Assembly (NCBI RefSeq): GCF_902459465.1
Contig: NC_047074.1
Span: forward strand, 1,674,001-1,738,000
Length of the DNA: 64,000 nt
Direction: 5' to 3'
Source of the DNA: Asterias rubens
Lineage: Eukaryota
A program made the position numbers and the translations under genes. Below are positions 22,201 through 32,484 of this stretch, in pieces. Every line of letters begins with the position of its first letter. Position 1 is the first letter of the stretch. The notes under the pieces are model-generated. The model was not told the origin of the DNA, ran no database searches, and saw only the letters and a program-made list of their open reading frames with translations.

Positions 22201-22735
22201 GCCAAGGATAGCTGATAGCTGCATCATTGGCCACACAAGTGGGGCTACTTGTGTAGCCAAGGATAGCTGATAGCTGCATCATTGGCCACACAAGTGGGGC
22301 TACTTGTGTAGCCAAGGATAGCTGATAGCTGCATCATTGGCCACACAAGTGGGGCTACCGCCCAGCCTGCCTTCAAAGGTGTCCAAGACTCCAAGGCAGG
22401 CGCCTCCCCCGAAAAACGCCCCCTCCCCCCACTCTCTAGTTCCTAATGTAATTCCTTCCATCCTCCCCACTGACGACGCGATGTGCATGACACTGACACT
22501 GACAGTCGACCTCCATGGTCGTTACACGTTTAAATTACCACTTAAATAACAAAAGATACCGGATAACTTTCCGTATGGCGCCACCACTTTTTCACTCATT
22601 TTTACAAAAAGGGATATATCGATCAGGTAAATTAGATACTATATTATTTTATTTCGAATGAAAAAGTGGTGGCGCCATACGGAAACTTTTCCAAGATACC
22701 TCGCACATTACCTTTAACTGAACGAAAACATCCAT
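10227..22735 (-). CDS. SGPL1: Sphingosine-1-phosphate lyase (PLP-dependent, group II decarboxylase fold), complete, 549 aa
   Basis: 15 GT-AG exons in continuous frame: 22712-22735, 20220-20367, 19276-19343, 18759-18909, 17991-18070, 17660-17788, 17126-17214, 16538-16646, 15324-15422, 14107-14253, 13477-13597, 12533-12650, 11545-11691, 10970-11090, 10227-10325 (1650 nt). Motifs [49 protein letters not shown] (PLP lysine), [17 protein letters not shown]-terminal TM segment. The 24-nt first exon (MDVFVQLK) is the least certain. Confidence 0.95.
11270..11515 (-). mobile_element. Two tandem tRNA-derived SINE heads in an SGPL1 intron
   Basis: Two copies of (C/T)TCGAACCCACAC...CACCA(A/G)AGCTTGAGTTC..TGCTCT..TCCACTCAGCC.GACAC, same head as 44707-44995. 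Confidence 0.65.
11700..12330. repeat. Degenerate tandem array, ~178-bp unit, ~3.5 copies
   Basis: TAATCACTCT...GCAATAAAAACC recurs at ~11728, 11908, 12086, 12264; a related single unit at ~23455-23600. Confidence 0.75.
12998..13036. repeat. (TGAA)n microsatellite
   Basis: About 9 perfect copies. Confidence 0.9.
13700..14045 (-). mobile_element. tRNA-derived SINE, family S2
   Basis: Minus-strand head with GGTTTGAATCCC B-box; body (TCTGCTCTACCA...GCTCCTAGTGGATGATACCC...ACATCCT) shared with 18131-18640 and 42575-42795. Confidence 0.7.
14451..14823. mobile_element. Kolobok-like MITE (K1 subfamily) nested in an older K1 copy (~14322-14950)
   Basis: TTAA-AGGGAAGGTACACG...CGTGTACCTTCCCT-TTAA; flanks join into a continuous K1 body. 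Confidence 0.8.
15440..15731 (+). mobile_element. SINE family S1, 5'-truncated, CORE-like central region and (TTA)n tail
   Basis: CTGAGCAAGACACTTAA...GTAAATGGGTACC resembles the CORE-SINE domain (recall); ends AAAAGCGCTATATAAA...TTATTATTA; inverted copies at 44707-44995 and 45455-45635. Confidence 0.7.
16258..16532 (+). mobile_element. L2/CR1-group LINE 3' end
   Basis: [49 protein letters not shown] is the typical ORF2 C-terminus; followed by 3' UTR and (TTA)n tail. Confidence 0.85.
18131..18640 (+). mobile_element. SINE family S2 with internal 108-bp triplication (18242-18565)
   Basis: Head GTGGCCGAGCGGT...GTTGAATCCC; three near-identical 108-bp units starting 18242, 18350, 18458. Confidence 0.8.
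19497..19734. mobile_element. MITE with ~24-bp TIR and 9-bp TSD (GATCTTTAC)
   Basis: TAGATTTGTGGACAAGTCGTTAA...TTAACGACTTGTCCACAAGTCTA; direct repeat on both flanks. Confidence 0.8.
19752..20000. mobile_element. MITE with ~27-bp TIR (Harbinger-like termini)
   Basis: GGTGTGTTCGTTTAGCTTCCCTGGGTC...GACCCAGGGAAGCTAAACAAACGCACC; TSD not resolved. Confidence 0.7.
21176..21301. repeat. 126-nt near-perfect inverted repeat (hairpin/MITE-like)
   Basis: TAGCCCACCTTGTTGAGCTGT..ATGGCTCCGCTTTTAA..GTCTCATCACTGT / ACAGTGATGAGAC..TTAAAAGCGGAGCCAT..ACAGCTCAACAAGGTGGGCTA. Confidence 0.85.
21306..22357. repeat. Minisatellite of 55/75-bp units bounded by terminal inverted repeats
   Basis: Unit GGCCACACAAGTGGGGCTACTTGTGTAGCCAAGGATAGCTGATAGCTGCATCATT with optional 20-bp GGCCACACAAGTGGGTCGAT; left end TAGCCCCACTTGTGTGGCCA is the reverse complement of the right end. 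Confidence 0.95.
22561..22692. mobile_element. 132-bp MITE, GG termini, 8-bp TSD AAGATACC (Merlin-like)
   Basis: ~30-bp TIR GGA(T/A)AA(C/G)TTTCCGTATGGCGCCACCACTTTTTCA; second copy 47683-47814; diverged relative at ~21016-21157. Confidence 0.85.
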
Positions 22736-23646
22736 TTCGATCGAATTTACGTCATATAAAAGGTACAAATCTACACTATGCACTCGAGGGACATCAGGGA
22801 TTATGTAACTTTCCCACCTCTGCACATTTTTAACAACTTTTTATAACAAGAAAAGAACAGCGCCCTCCATCGACAGCCTTTTGGCCTGCCTCAACTGCCG
22901 ACGTCACACTTGTTCTGGTGCAGTGGTGAGGTAGGGTAGGTTGATAATACAGGGAAGTGTAGTGCATCGCTTATGTAGTTAAAATTTCTTAAAAGAATAG
23001 GAAGTTTAATGAGAAATACACAACAAATTTGGCTCTTTGGGAAAACAAGTAAAATAAAAATTGTTAAAAACAAAAGTATGAAGGAGAGGGGCCGGGGGAT
23101 GATCAACTGGTATTTTTTTAATTTTATCTTTTAGCCAAACACGATCTTGATTGGCAGACGCTATTTTAATGACGTATTTATTATTCTCTGTATTTTTCGT
23201 TCAGTTGTTTCTAGAGATCTAGTATACAGTTGGGTTGCATTACACTTTAGGGTTTTCATATTATGGTCCAAAATATAGGAAGAAAACTAACATAAAGATC
23301 AATTTCGTATAACATTTTTTATTCTCCCCGAATCATCAACATACCTTTAAACCAGTTATGTAAAAACTGCAAGAACTATAGCCTTTTAATTTAGGGGATA
23401 ATTTTGGCAGACGAATCAGATTCTTATAAAATTTATAAAACAACCATAATCCAGTTGAAGGGAAGGTGTTGGTAATCAGTCTTAAAAATAATGGCAATAA
23501 AAGTGTTTGTTTATTGAAGCCTTTGCACAAGCTTTCGGTAGTAAAAGCATTTTGAGAAACTTTTCACTTCGAAGAAATTCGTTATGTAAAAATGCATCAG
23601 TCAGTTGTAATTGCACACAATTTGAATTTGATGAAAAGCGACTCTG

Positions 23647-23781
23647 GGGTCGATTTCACAAAGAGTTAGGACCAGTCCTGCGATATATACAAATTGCATG
23701 GATATAATAGTCCTAAGTTAGGGCGAGTAACTGGTCCTAACTCGAGATAAGACTAGTCCTAACTCTTTGTGAAATCCACCC
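23647..23781. mobile_element. PIF/Harbinger-like MITE (CWG target)
   Basis: GGGTCGATTTCACAAAGAGTTAGGAC...GTCCTAACTCTTTGTGAAATCCACCC flanked by CTG/CAG; copies at 34941-35066, 59953-60051, partial ~47180-47285. Confidence 0.75.
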
Positions 23782-24279
23782 CAGGATTAATTATTTTCCT
23801 GCATGGACATTCGCTCCGGATTTATGGCGATATCTAAAAACCGCGACATCCCTTTGAAATGAAAACTTGTTACGTTACTTTTACTGCATATTATGCATCT
23901 ACATTATGCGGGATAAAACAGTCGAATGATTAAAAATACCTAAAAGTACACCTTTGTGTTAAAACAATCCTGATAAATTAAATATACCATCTGATTATAA
24001 CTATTTTTTATTGGTTTCTCCTTTTCGAATTAAATAATTAAACATAAACATTAAATCTTCGGACAGTACCCTGTTTTTATCTTGACTAGCAAGTATAAGC
24101 GAAGTAAAACAGTTTTAAAAATCTCCATCATTTTGTTTTATTTCACGTGCCTCTGTTCACAGAACAAACGGAGCTGATTGCACAATATAAATGATTGCAA
24201 CGACTACTTTCTGGACAGAATAAAATGGTGGGGCTAAATCTGGACCCAACTTCATACGGCTGCGGGTACCGCAACGATA

Positions 24280-24512
24280 TGATAGATGTTTAAATTTGCA
24301 TCGGGGATAAAGAATATTAATTTTGGTTGACACTGCTCTAGAATTGCAAGGGTCGTGGGTTCGAATCCCACCCGAAAAACATGCCTGTGATCATTTTTTT
24401 CAGAGGACTCAGGAAAGTACTGAGTCTACAGTGCTTAAACACACATCGGTATGCGGGTAAAAACCAAAATTAATATTCTATATCCCCGATGCAAATTATT
24501 TAACATCTATTA
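24280..24512 (+). mobile_element. 5'-truncated SINE (family S3) preceded by an inverted copy of its own 3' end
   Basis: B-box GGGTTCGAATCCC at 24357-24369; 36-bp inverted repeat 24293-24328 / 24462-24497 with one internal mismatch; other S3 copies at 28150-28500 and ~63775-63880. Confidence 0.7.
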
Positions 24513-24706
24513 ATTATTATATTAAGTGTATTGATGTTAAGACTTGCACAAGTCTATTTTAAGTGACGTCACGTAGCCCATATACATAAGTAGTATGTAG
24601 GCCTATGTCAAGTTTAACTGCAAATCTCCAAAGCCACGGAGGCTAGTTGAACTGACGCGAGAACAGTGATTATGGAACTTCGAAGTGTGACGTCAGATGT
24701 CTGGGC

Positions 24707-27700
24707 TCAAACGGTAGTGTCCCCAGTCGTTGCATCTACCCTAACGGAAGTTACATGTACAGTGCCCTTTTCATTTTCAGTGACGGGTAACCTCTTGCCG
24801 ATGTTTTCGGAATCTTCGATTGTCTCTGGGAGGGGTTTGTCTTTTGTCTCTGGAAGGATGGGAACAAGGATGGAAGACAAGACACAAAGTGCTCCAATAA
24901 TCGTCAAAGGCAGGTAAGGTGCGACTTCATCCTTTGAAGGAAAAGACAAACAGAAAAGTCACACTAAAGTACCGAAAAACAATGGGGGACTTTCGGGACG
25001 CTTGGTGGCAGCAGACTTACAAGGTAAATCCATTGTTCTCGGTAATATGCGCATGCTCAGATCTACGAAACAATGACAATTTACCTGGTAAGTCTGCAGC
25101 TGCCACCTAGCGTTCCAAAGTCTCAAACTGAAAGTACCAAATCCATTTAATTGAAATGCTAACTCTCCTCGCTTATAATTAAAACACACTTCAGTACATT
25201 TGAGTACCCCCCCAAAAAAAAAAAACAATAACAATAACAATAAGAATAATAAGAATAAATAAATAAACAAATAAATAAATAAAGAATACAATAACAATTA
25301 ATAGCACATATACACATATATAAACAAATAAATAAATATTAATAAAAACAAAACAAAAACATGGAAAATAAACAGTTTGAATAACAAGTTAAATAACTAA
25401 AGGGTATTAACTTACCAAATACAAAACAAATGGTGCTACTACAGTGCCGATATTACCACAAACCGCTCCCACTCCAAAGCCCAAATTCCTGCAAGTAAAA
25501 ATTAATACAAAAAATTTATGACAGTGCCTTTAAAATTAAACCAGAGCTTTATAAAGTGTTGACGTTGATTTTTCAACCTCTAACACATTTACTGTCCTCT
25601 GTAAAGATAATTATTAACTTTTTGTAACACAAAACCACAATGTCCATAGATTTACATTAAAATTTCCACAGTTTGAAGATTATGATAGTAGAAAAATTCC
25701 CTTAAAATAACTACTTGTTGGGGTGCTTTAATTTTTTTTTAGAAATGAGTAAAACAATGTCACCAAAAATATACTTGTTATCAATATTGCACTTACCTAA
25801 TAGGTGTTGGCAGTATCTCCGTGCAACAGATTGTGTTTATAGAATATGAACAGATGATGCATAGTTTAATCAGCATGGCGGAAATCAAGATGGCGACGGT
25901 CAGATCTGTTCCGTTAGCTAAAGAAGAAGAGAACAAAAAACATAAAATCAAAGAAACAAAAAATTTTTTTGGATTTTTTAATTAAACACCCGAAATCAAT
26001 TTGTGCGAGGGTTGCAATCTTCTTGTATCTGAATTGTGGCTACAGCTGGCTAGGACTGCTGAAAGCGTGTTGCAAGGACGTCAGATACTAAAATGTTATG
26101 AGTGTCACTGGCCCTTTTCGAAACCACGGTTCGGCTTTGGATTCGGCTTCAGGATCCGTCACCTCGTCTGAAGCCCATGCCTGGGCACGTACGCAAAACA
26201 CGCGCATTATTGGCAAAACAACCGCGGGGCCAAGCTTGCCTGAGCCAAACTCAAAGCAGAAGTTTCGAAAATGGCCATATTATTATAGGAAAATCTGTCA
26301 ACAGGAGATTTGGTCCAACATATACATGTAATGGGAAATAAGAGCTGGTAAAGGACGATTAAAAAGAGGGCGCTCATATCATAAATGTAAATTGCAGCCT
26401 ACATAATCGAAACAAATTTCATTCACTTTGGCTTTCCAAAGATTTCCAAACTCACTTAAAAAAAAAACGGGCTGCGACGATGCAATAGAAAAGTATTTTA
26501 CTGGATGAACGCACACCAAACAAACAAACACACAAACAAACGAACCAACAAACAAACACACCTGTTTTTTGAGGAAGGAGAGCTGTTGTAATGCTTGCTA
26601 ACCCAGCCACGAAGAAGAACAGACTCATGGATGGCCGACGACCCCACCTATAATAGAAATAATTTTATACAAACAAATATACTGATTATAAACTCAAAAT
26701 ACTGTCACACAGCGATCTATTTACCAATAATAGACTTACTCGTTAAAGGGAAGGTACACGTTTGGTAATTACTCAAATCAGCTTAAAAACTGACTTGGTC
26801 ATGAGCATTGGAGATAGTATACAACATTGTGGGAAACGACTCCCTCTGAAGTAACGTATAGTTTTTAAGAAAGAGGTACTTTCTCACTAAAATAATTAAC
26901 GACTTCTAGCTAGAAGTCGTTTATCCCAGGTTTGTTATTTTATGCATATGTTGAGATACACCAAATGAGAACACTTGTCTTTGACAATTATCAATAGTAA
27001 GTGTACCTTCCCGTAAAGGACACCTTTATTGTCAAAGACAAGTATCACCACAACATAGTATAAATAACAAAATATTAAAATCTTTACTCGGTCATTAATG
27101 TGTTGCAAAGAATTGTGTTTTCAGATGAATAAAGTCATGCATGAAGTCTTTTAATATTTGAGTGAGAAATTACTTCCGCCTCAAAAACTACGTTACTTCA
27201 GAGAGAGAGAGCCGTTTCTCACAACGTCTTATACTACCAACAGTTCTCCATGGTTGTTCAAGGAAGTTTTTTATGGGGACAATTATTCTGAGTGGTCTTT
27301 GACAAACAAACTACAGGTGTTCAGAGCTTTTATTAGCAGTAACCTACCACGTCATAGTGAAGTGTATGATTAAATAACCAGGCAGCTCGACCACTCCAGA
27401 GAGTAGAACATTTATATATTTATTCCCAGCGAGATTTGCTGCATTTAGCGTTGCGCCGAGATACGCCAACAGTGCTACAAACCTGCAGAATAAACAAAAA
27501 TTAATATATCATTCAACAACAAAATAGTGCAGTTAAAAAACAAAATGATAATTATTGAAATTATTATTGGAAAATCTTACTGTGTCTACACTCTGCAATA
27601 ATTATGAATACAAGTGTTTTATTTCATTTACAAATCGAGGGCTAAACAAAATGTCAGGTTAGCCTTTTAAAGGCAGTGTATACTTTTGCTAATTGCCGAA

Positions 27701-30700
27701 GACCAGTGTCCTTTATCGCCCTCCCCCCCAAAAAAAAAAAAAAAAAAAAAAATGCAATCAATATCAAATCTGTCAAAGTTCGGGCCAAATTGGTCATCGA
27801 AGTCGCACTCACCATAAAAAATAGACGATTATTACGTTTAAAAGCACCCTCCGACTTTTAAATATATCTATAAACCTGCATCTGTTTTTCTCTGGTGAAC
27901 TTTCAGTAGTGACGGGAAGTTTATTTATATTGTCGTTATCATCACTCGCAATCAACAGAGGGGGTAAATCCTCACTGATCTCAAGAAACCCACCGGGTGG
28001 TGGCGTGCGTCTATTCCAACGGGCCATCTTTTCAAGTATAACACGTGCTTTGTCTTTGCGCCCTACTGCGAGTAACCACCTCACGGAGTCATCTAACAGG
28101 CTGATATGAAAGCATGAAAGATAAAAGAAATTTTGTTGTAAGAGATTATAATTATTATTTGCATTCGGGATAAAGAATTAATTCAAGTTTTACCCTTACA
28201 CTAGACTTGACTCAAGTCCCAATTCCGTGCCGAATTTACCCAACCTGTTCATTCTCGGGACCAAATTTTTGACGGTGATTGCGCAATACTATCAAACTAG
28301 TTGTTTTGCTAGTTGGCGCAATTTGCTTGGGGACTTCGCACACGAGAATGGGACTTGAATCAAGACCACCCTTACACCGATATGTAAGTACTCTAAGCCC
28401 GGTTCTTTTCCGCAGGTGTAACAAAAATCACAGGCATTTTACAGGGGGGGGATTCGAACCTTAGATTTATGGCAATTCAAGAGGAGTGTCTTACCAACTA
28501 TAGGAAAGTGGTAAGGTATGGGATTTTAACTCGGAATTATGCATCAGTTGGACCTAACTGGGGTTATTTTGACACAGATTCTGTCACATAGAAATGAGTC
28601 AGGCCAAACGGGATCAGAATCCAGGTTTATTCTAACCAAGATCCAGGTCAGTTCTAACCTGCATCCGGGTAAATTCTAACCAGGATCTGGGTCAATTCTA
28701 AGGGTCGATTCTAAACACGACCGGGATCCTGGCAAATCTAACCAAGATCCATGTTAATTCTTACGCGGATCCAGGTCAAGTCTAACCAGGCTCCGGGTCA
28801 ACTCTAACCCAGATCCAGATCAATTTTGACCCAGATTTGTTTAGAGTTACAGACCTTGATAAACACAAAATAAAGCTGTACTTACAACCAAAGTGGTAGG
28901 GCTATAAAACATGGTATTGAAATAACCAGTTGCATATGGCGCCAATTGGTAAATGTGTAGCCAATGGGGGCAAGAAGTACCATGGCCACGCCCCAAATAA
29001 AGTTGTTCAAACTGCCCGCTAGAGTTCGGCATTCAGAAGGGAACATTTCCATGATCACCACAAACTGTACCATATTATAGCCCTGTGCAAAAATAAAATA
29101 TAATAAAACAAAGCAAGTTATTAGTTAAAGATGCTATAATGTCAGATTTTTCGCCGATTTGACCCCAAAATTTTGGTTTAAAATTCAATAGGTATTTTGA
29201 TGGGGGTCGAGAAAGTTAGCTTTCATTTGAGCCATTGCTCGAAAAAGTCCGCCAGTTATTAGTAGCAGTGAAATAAAGTGCTCGACAATAATATATTGGT
29301 TCCTGACCATTAAAAGTAAAAGTTAAACTTTTTTTCGTTAGAGCGGGTGATACTCTTTGAAATACCATTCACTCACCAAAAAAGTCTATTTTTTAATGTT
29401 TGGGGCCAAACATCTGACATAGCATTGAAACTTTGCATGAAACTTTGCATTATAACTAAAACAGGTTTGCAGTATAAACACGATGTGAATATCTCTTTCG
29501 AATCAATTCACGTAAACGTATTTCCATACTGTCTCAAACACATCATTAGTTTGTATTATCTTTATAATTTAATGATGTACAATTGGAAATAAAACTTCAG
29601 GTATGTTTTTAAACATGACGAATAAAGCAATTAAATATTAAGCAATTACTTGTTTGAGTAGTGTTGGTTCTGAAACCGCCTGTTCTTTTAGAACCAATAC
29701 ATGTTCTACTCAAAAGAGGTATTCATGGTGTTACTGAAAACCTCTCAAAGCTCTTTTTGTTTAATTTGATAAAAGAAAACAAAGTTTTAAAGTAATGTTG
29801 AGGAGTTTCACTTGGGTAAAGAGCTGATAAAGTAGTCGCAAAAAGTGTTTATGTTTTGCTTGATCAAACATGAAAAAGCAGACCTGTGAACATTGTAGCT
29901 TAATCCACTGTGTGATTTTGAGTCGGGAGAAATAGTGAAAACCATGCACCATTTTTAGCACGTAAACCGGTGTCCATAAAGGAACACGTTGCCTTAGATC
30001 GGACGAGTTGGTCAATAAAAAGCGTGTGTACACCGTTTGTTATAAAATGCATAATGGTTGGAAATGTTTTAAAGGCAGTAGACACTATTGGTAATTACTC
30101 AAAATAATTATTAGCATAAAACCTTCCTTGGTGACAAGTAATGGGGAGAGGTTGGTGGTATAAAACATTGTGAGAAACAGCTCCCTCTGAAGTGCCATAG
30201 TTTTGGAGAAAGGAGTAATTTTCCACGAATTTGGTTTCGAGACCTCAAGTTTAGAACTTGAGGTCTCGAAATAAACCATCTAAACGCACACAACTTCGTG
30301 TGACAAGGGTGTTTTCTTCTTTCATTATTATCTCGCAACTTTGATGACCGATTGAGCTCAAATTTTCATAGGTTTGTTATTTTATGCATATGTTGAGCTA
30401 CACCAACTGTGAAGGCTAGTCTTTGACAATTACCAATAGTGTCCACTGACTTTAAAAGTAGAATACAATGACCCACGCAAATTTGCCTCGAAATTGCGCG
30501 GTTTTCCTTTTCCTTTGCGACCTTATACACGGTCGGCCATTAATATGGGAGTCAAAAAGTTGACCACCATAAATGGCAGACCGTGTTAGTCGACGAGGTA
30601 AAAGGAAAACCGTACAATTTCGAGTGAAAATTATAATTTTTGCTCACTTGCGCAAACATGCCAGTCAGAAACCAGAGCACAGCTATCCCAACGTAGTTCC

Positions 30701-32484
30701 AGACGAAAGCAACAGCTACGCCGAATACGCCATTCACTACACATGCCCCGAGCAGCACGACCTTTCTACCGAAGACGTCCGAAAGATACCCGAACACTAC
30801 GGCACCTATCAGCATGCCGAATAGGAAAATGGACTGGGCGGTCTCTGCAAGTATACCTAGATCACAGACCAGATTTAGCTGTGTAAGAAGATTCGGAAAA
30901 CAAAAACATCCGACATTTCTTTAAAAAAAAGGAAGGTATACGCTTGGTAATAATTCTTAAAGGCAGTGGACCGGACCGCAAACCAAATATTAACCAATGT
31001 CTTTCTCATAACAAAAACATTGTCAGTACACAATGCACATCACGGTACATTCACATTAATTGTTTCATGCATGAGGCTAGTTAACACGACTCGGCTGGAT
31101 ATTCATACGATACAAGTTTAGAAATCCCCCCCCCCCAAAAAAAAAAAAAAAAAAAAAAAAAAAACAGCCCACTTAGCAACAGCACTAAAACGAACCAACA
31201 ATACCGTCATCAAAGATTCTTGTTCAAAGTTAAACCATTGCAACGGTTTACCAATGCATTGGTTTGCGGTAAACACCGCGTATGTACGTGCCATCAGGTA
31301 GGTTCAAACCGAGGAGATTAAAAATATAAGAATTCGGGAGACTTCAATAACAACAATTTCTAAAATTATTCGTGACAAACAAGTAATAATAGGCCCTAAT
31401 ACTTGGAAGTCCCACGTCATGAATAATTTAAACGGTCACCTGAGTATCCTTTGTGTATAAACTACCCGTGCACATGTTTACGTATTGATTCGGAATGTGT
31501 TTATGCAATAACCATACACCACGACGGAAGGGACAATGGCACAACCTTTATGTTTCATGCATGATAAAGAACAATCGGTCATAACACTTTGTGTGCTTCA
31601 ATTGAATTCACAGTATTTCAATTCCGTCAAAAACACATGCAGTGCATAAGCAACATGTACTAGCAAACAGAGTAGTGTATTAAATTATACTGTAAAACAA
31701 AAAAAGACAGAGCCAAGATAAACGGACAAGCGGGGGACGTACGAATACTAAATAGAAACAAAACAACAACAACAACATCACTTTAACAACACATTAACTA
31801 CAGTGAATGATATAATCAAATAATAATAATATATCAATTGAACAATAATTATGAGAATTGATATACAGTCAATGGACTGATTCACTTCAAATTTTCAAAA
31901 AGCATCTGAAATCACACCTGTTCCAACACAATAATTGCTTGGCCGTTTGATTTTAATTTGCATATTGTTTTGTTGTATCATTGTCTCTCTGTTTCATCAC
32001 AAACCGCTGTAGTTTTGATGAAATGGCGGCATTTATAAAACATTTTTGTCTGTATTGTATTTATAAAATAATGCTACATGCTAAGACTATGAAACGTTCC
32101 CTTATATATACTTACGTCTGTCACGATGGTAGATTCATTATAAATCCGTTCATATGTCCACTCTGTACACGGACTAACACTCTCCGACCCATTGACGAAA
32201 CTCACTGCTTGACATGCATCTTGAGATCCTGTATCTTCAAATGACGAGTTGGTCCTACCGTCAACCGAAGCGTTCGGCCCGGCAGTCCCCTCTCCTAACA
32301 AGGTCAGACCCTTTGTTGTTGTGCAGTGAAAGGATTTCGGTCTGTCAGCGCTGAAGATTATTCCCATCATTTGCCAAGCCGGAAATAATGTCCCAAGTGC
32401 TGTAATTATGACGCTCATTATTAACTGATATCTTCCGTATTTACCGATGCTATACAGTGCATCGTCGAGCTTCTCAAAAGCCAT
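24707..32484 (-). CDS. SLC22-family (organic cation/carnitine transporter-like) MFS transporter, paralogue A, 574 aa
   Basis: 9 exons in frame: 32116-32484, 30648-30878, 28886-29082, 27813-28100, 27348-27482, 26562-26647, 25797-25917, 25416-25488, 24707-24931. Motifs LDDAL..IGKYGRYQ, STIVTD-LNLVCD, GYLSDVFGRK, WGRRP, EILPTPIR, LPETKDKPLPET. Confidence 0.93.
24986..25124. mobile_element. Hairpin MITE with ~45-bp TIR
   Basis: GGGACTTTCGGGACGCTTGGTGGCAGCAGACTTAC.AGGTAAAT / ATTTACCTGGTAAGTCTGCAGCTGCCACCTAGCGTTCCAAAGTCTC. Confidence 0.75.
26110..26276. mobile_element. MITE, GGCC termini (Harbinger-like), family H2
   Basis: GGCCCTTTTCGAAAC...GTTTCGAAAATGGCC; second copy 56138-56320. Confidence 0.75.
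26747..27012. mobile_element. Kolobok-like MITE (K1 subfamily, internally deleted)
   Basis: TTAA-AGGGAAGGTACACG...GTGTACCTTCCC; followed by another partial K1 copy to ~27320. Confidence 0.75.
28150..28500 (-). mobile_element. SINE family S3 interrupted by a 167-bp MITE (28202-28368, 9-bp TSD CCCTTACAC)
   Basis: Minus head ..AGTTGGTAAGACAC...GGTTCGAATCCC; tail TTCTTTATCCCGAATGCAAAT; insert has TIR TAGACTTGACTCAAGTCCCA / TGGGACTTGAATCAAGACCA. Confidence 0.75.
28610..28835. repeat. Degenerate ~21-bp minisatellite (CTAACCAGGATCCGGGTCAATT-like)
   Basis: About 10 diverged units of TCTAACC.GATCC.GGTCAA. Confidence 0.7.
29980..30640. mobile_element. Truncated palindromic Kolobok-like element (family K3) with a K1 MITE inserted at 30073-30451
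   Basis: Flanks match the intact K3 copy at 61850-62233; inner element AGGCAGTAGACAC...GTGTCCACTGACT is TTAA-flanked. Confidence 0.8.

Noticed and set aside
21306-22357. CRISPR-like look (palindromic repeats at regular spacing)
   Set aside because: Intervening sequence is identical between units (no unique spacers), no cas genes, and it lies in a spliced eukaryotic intron.
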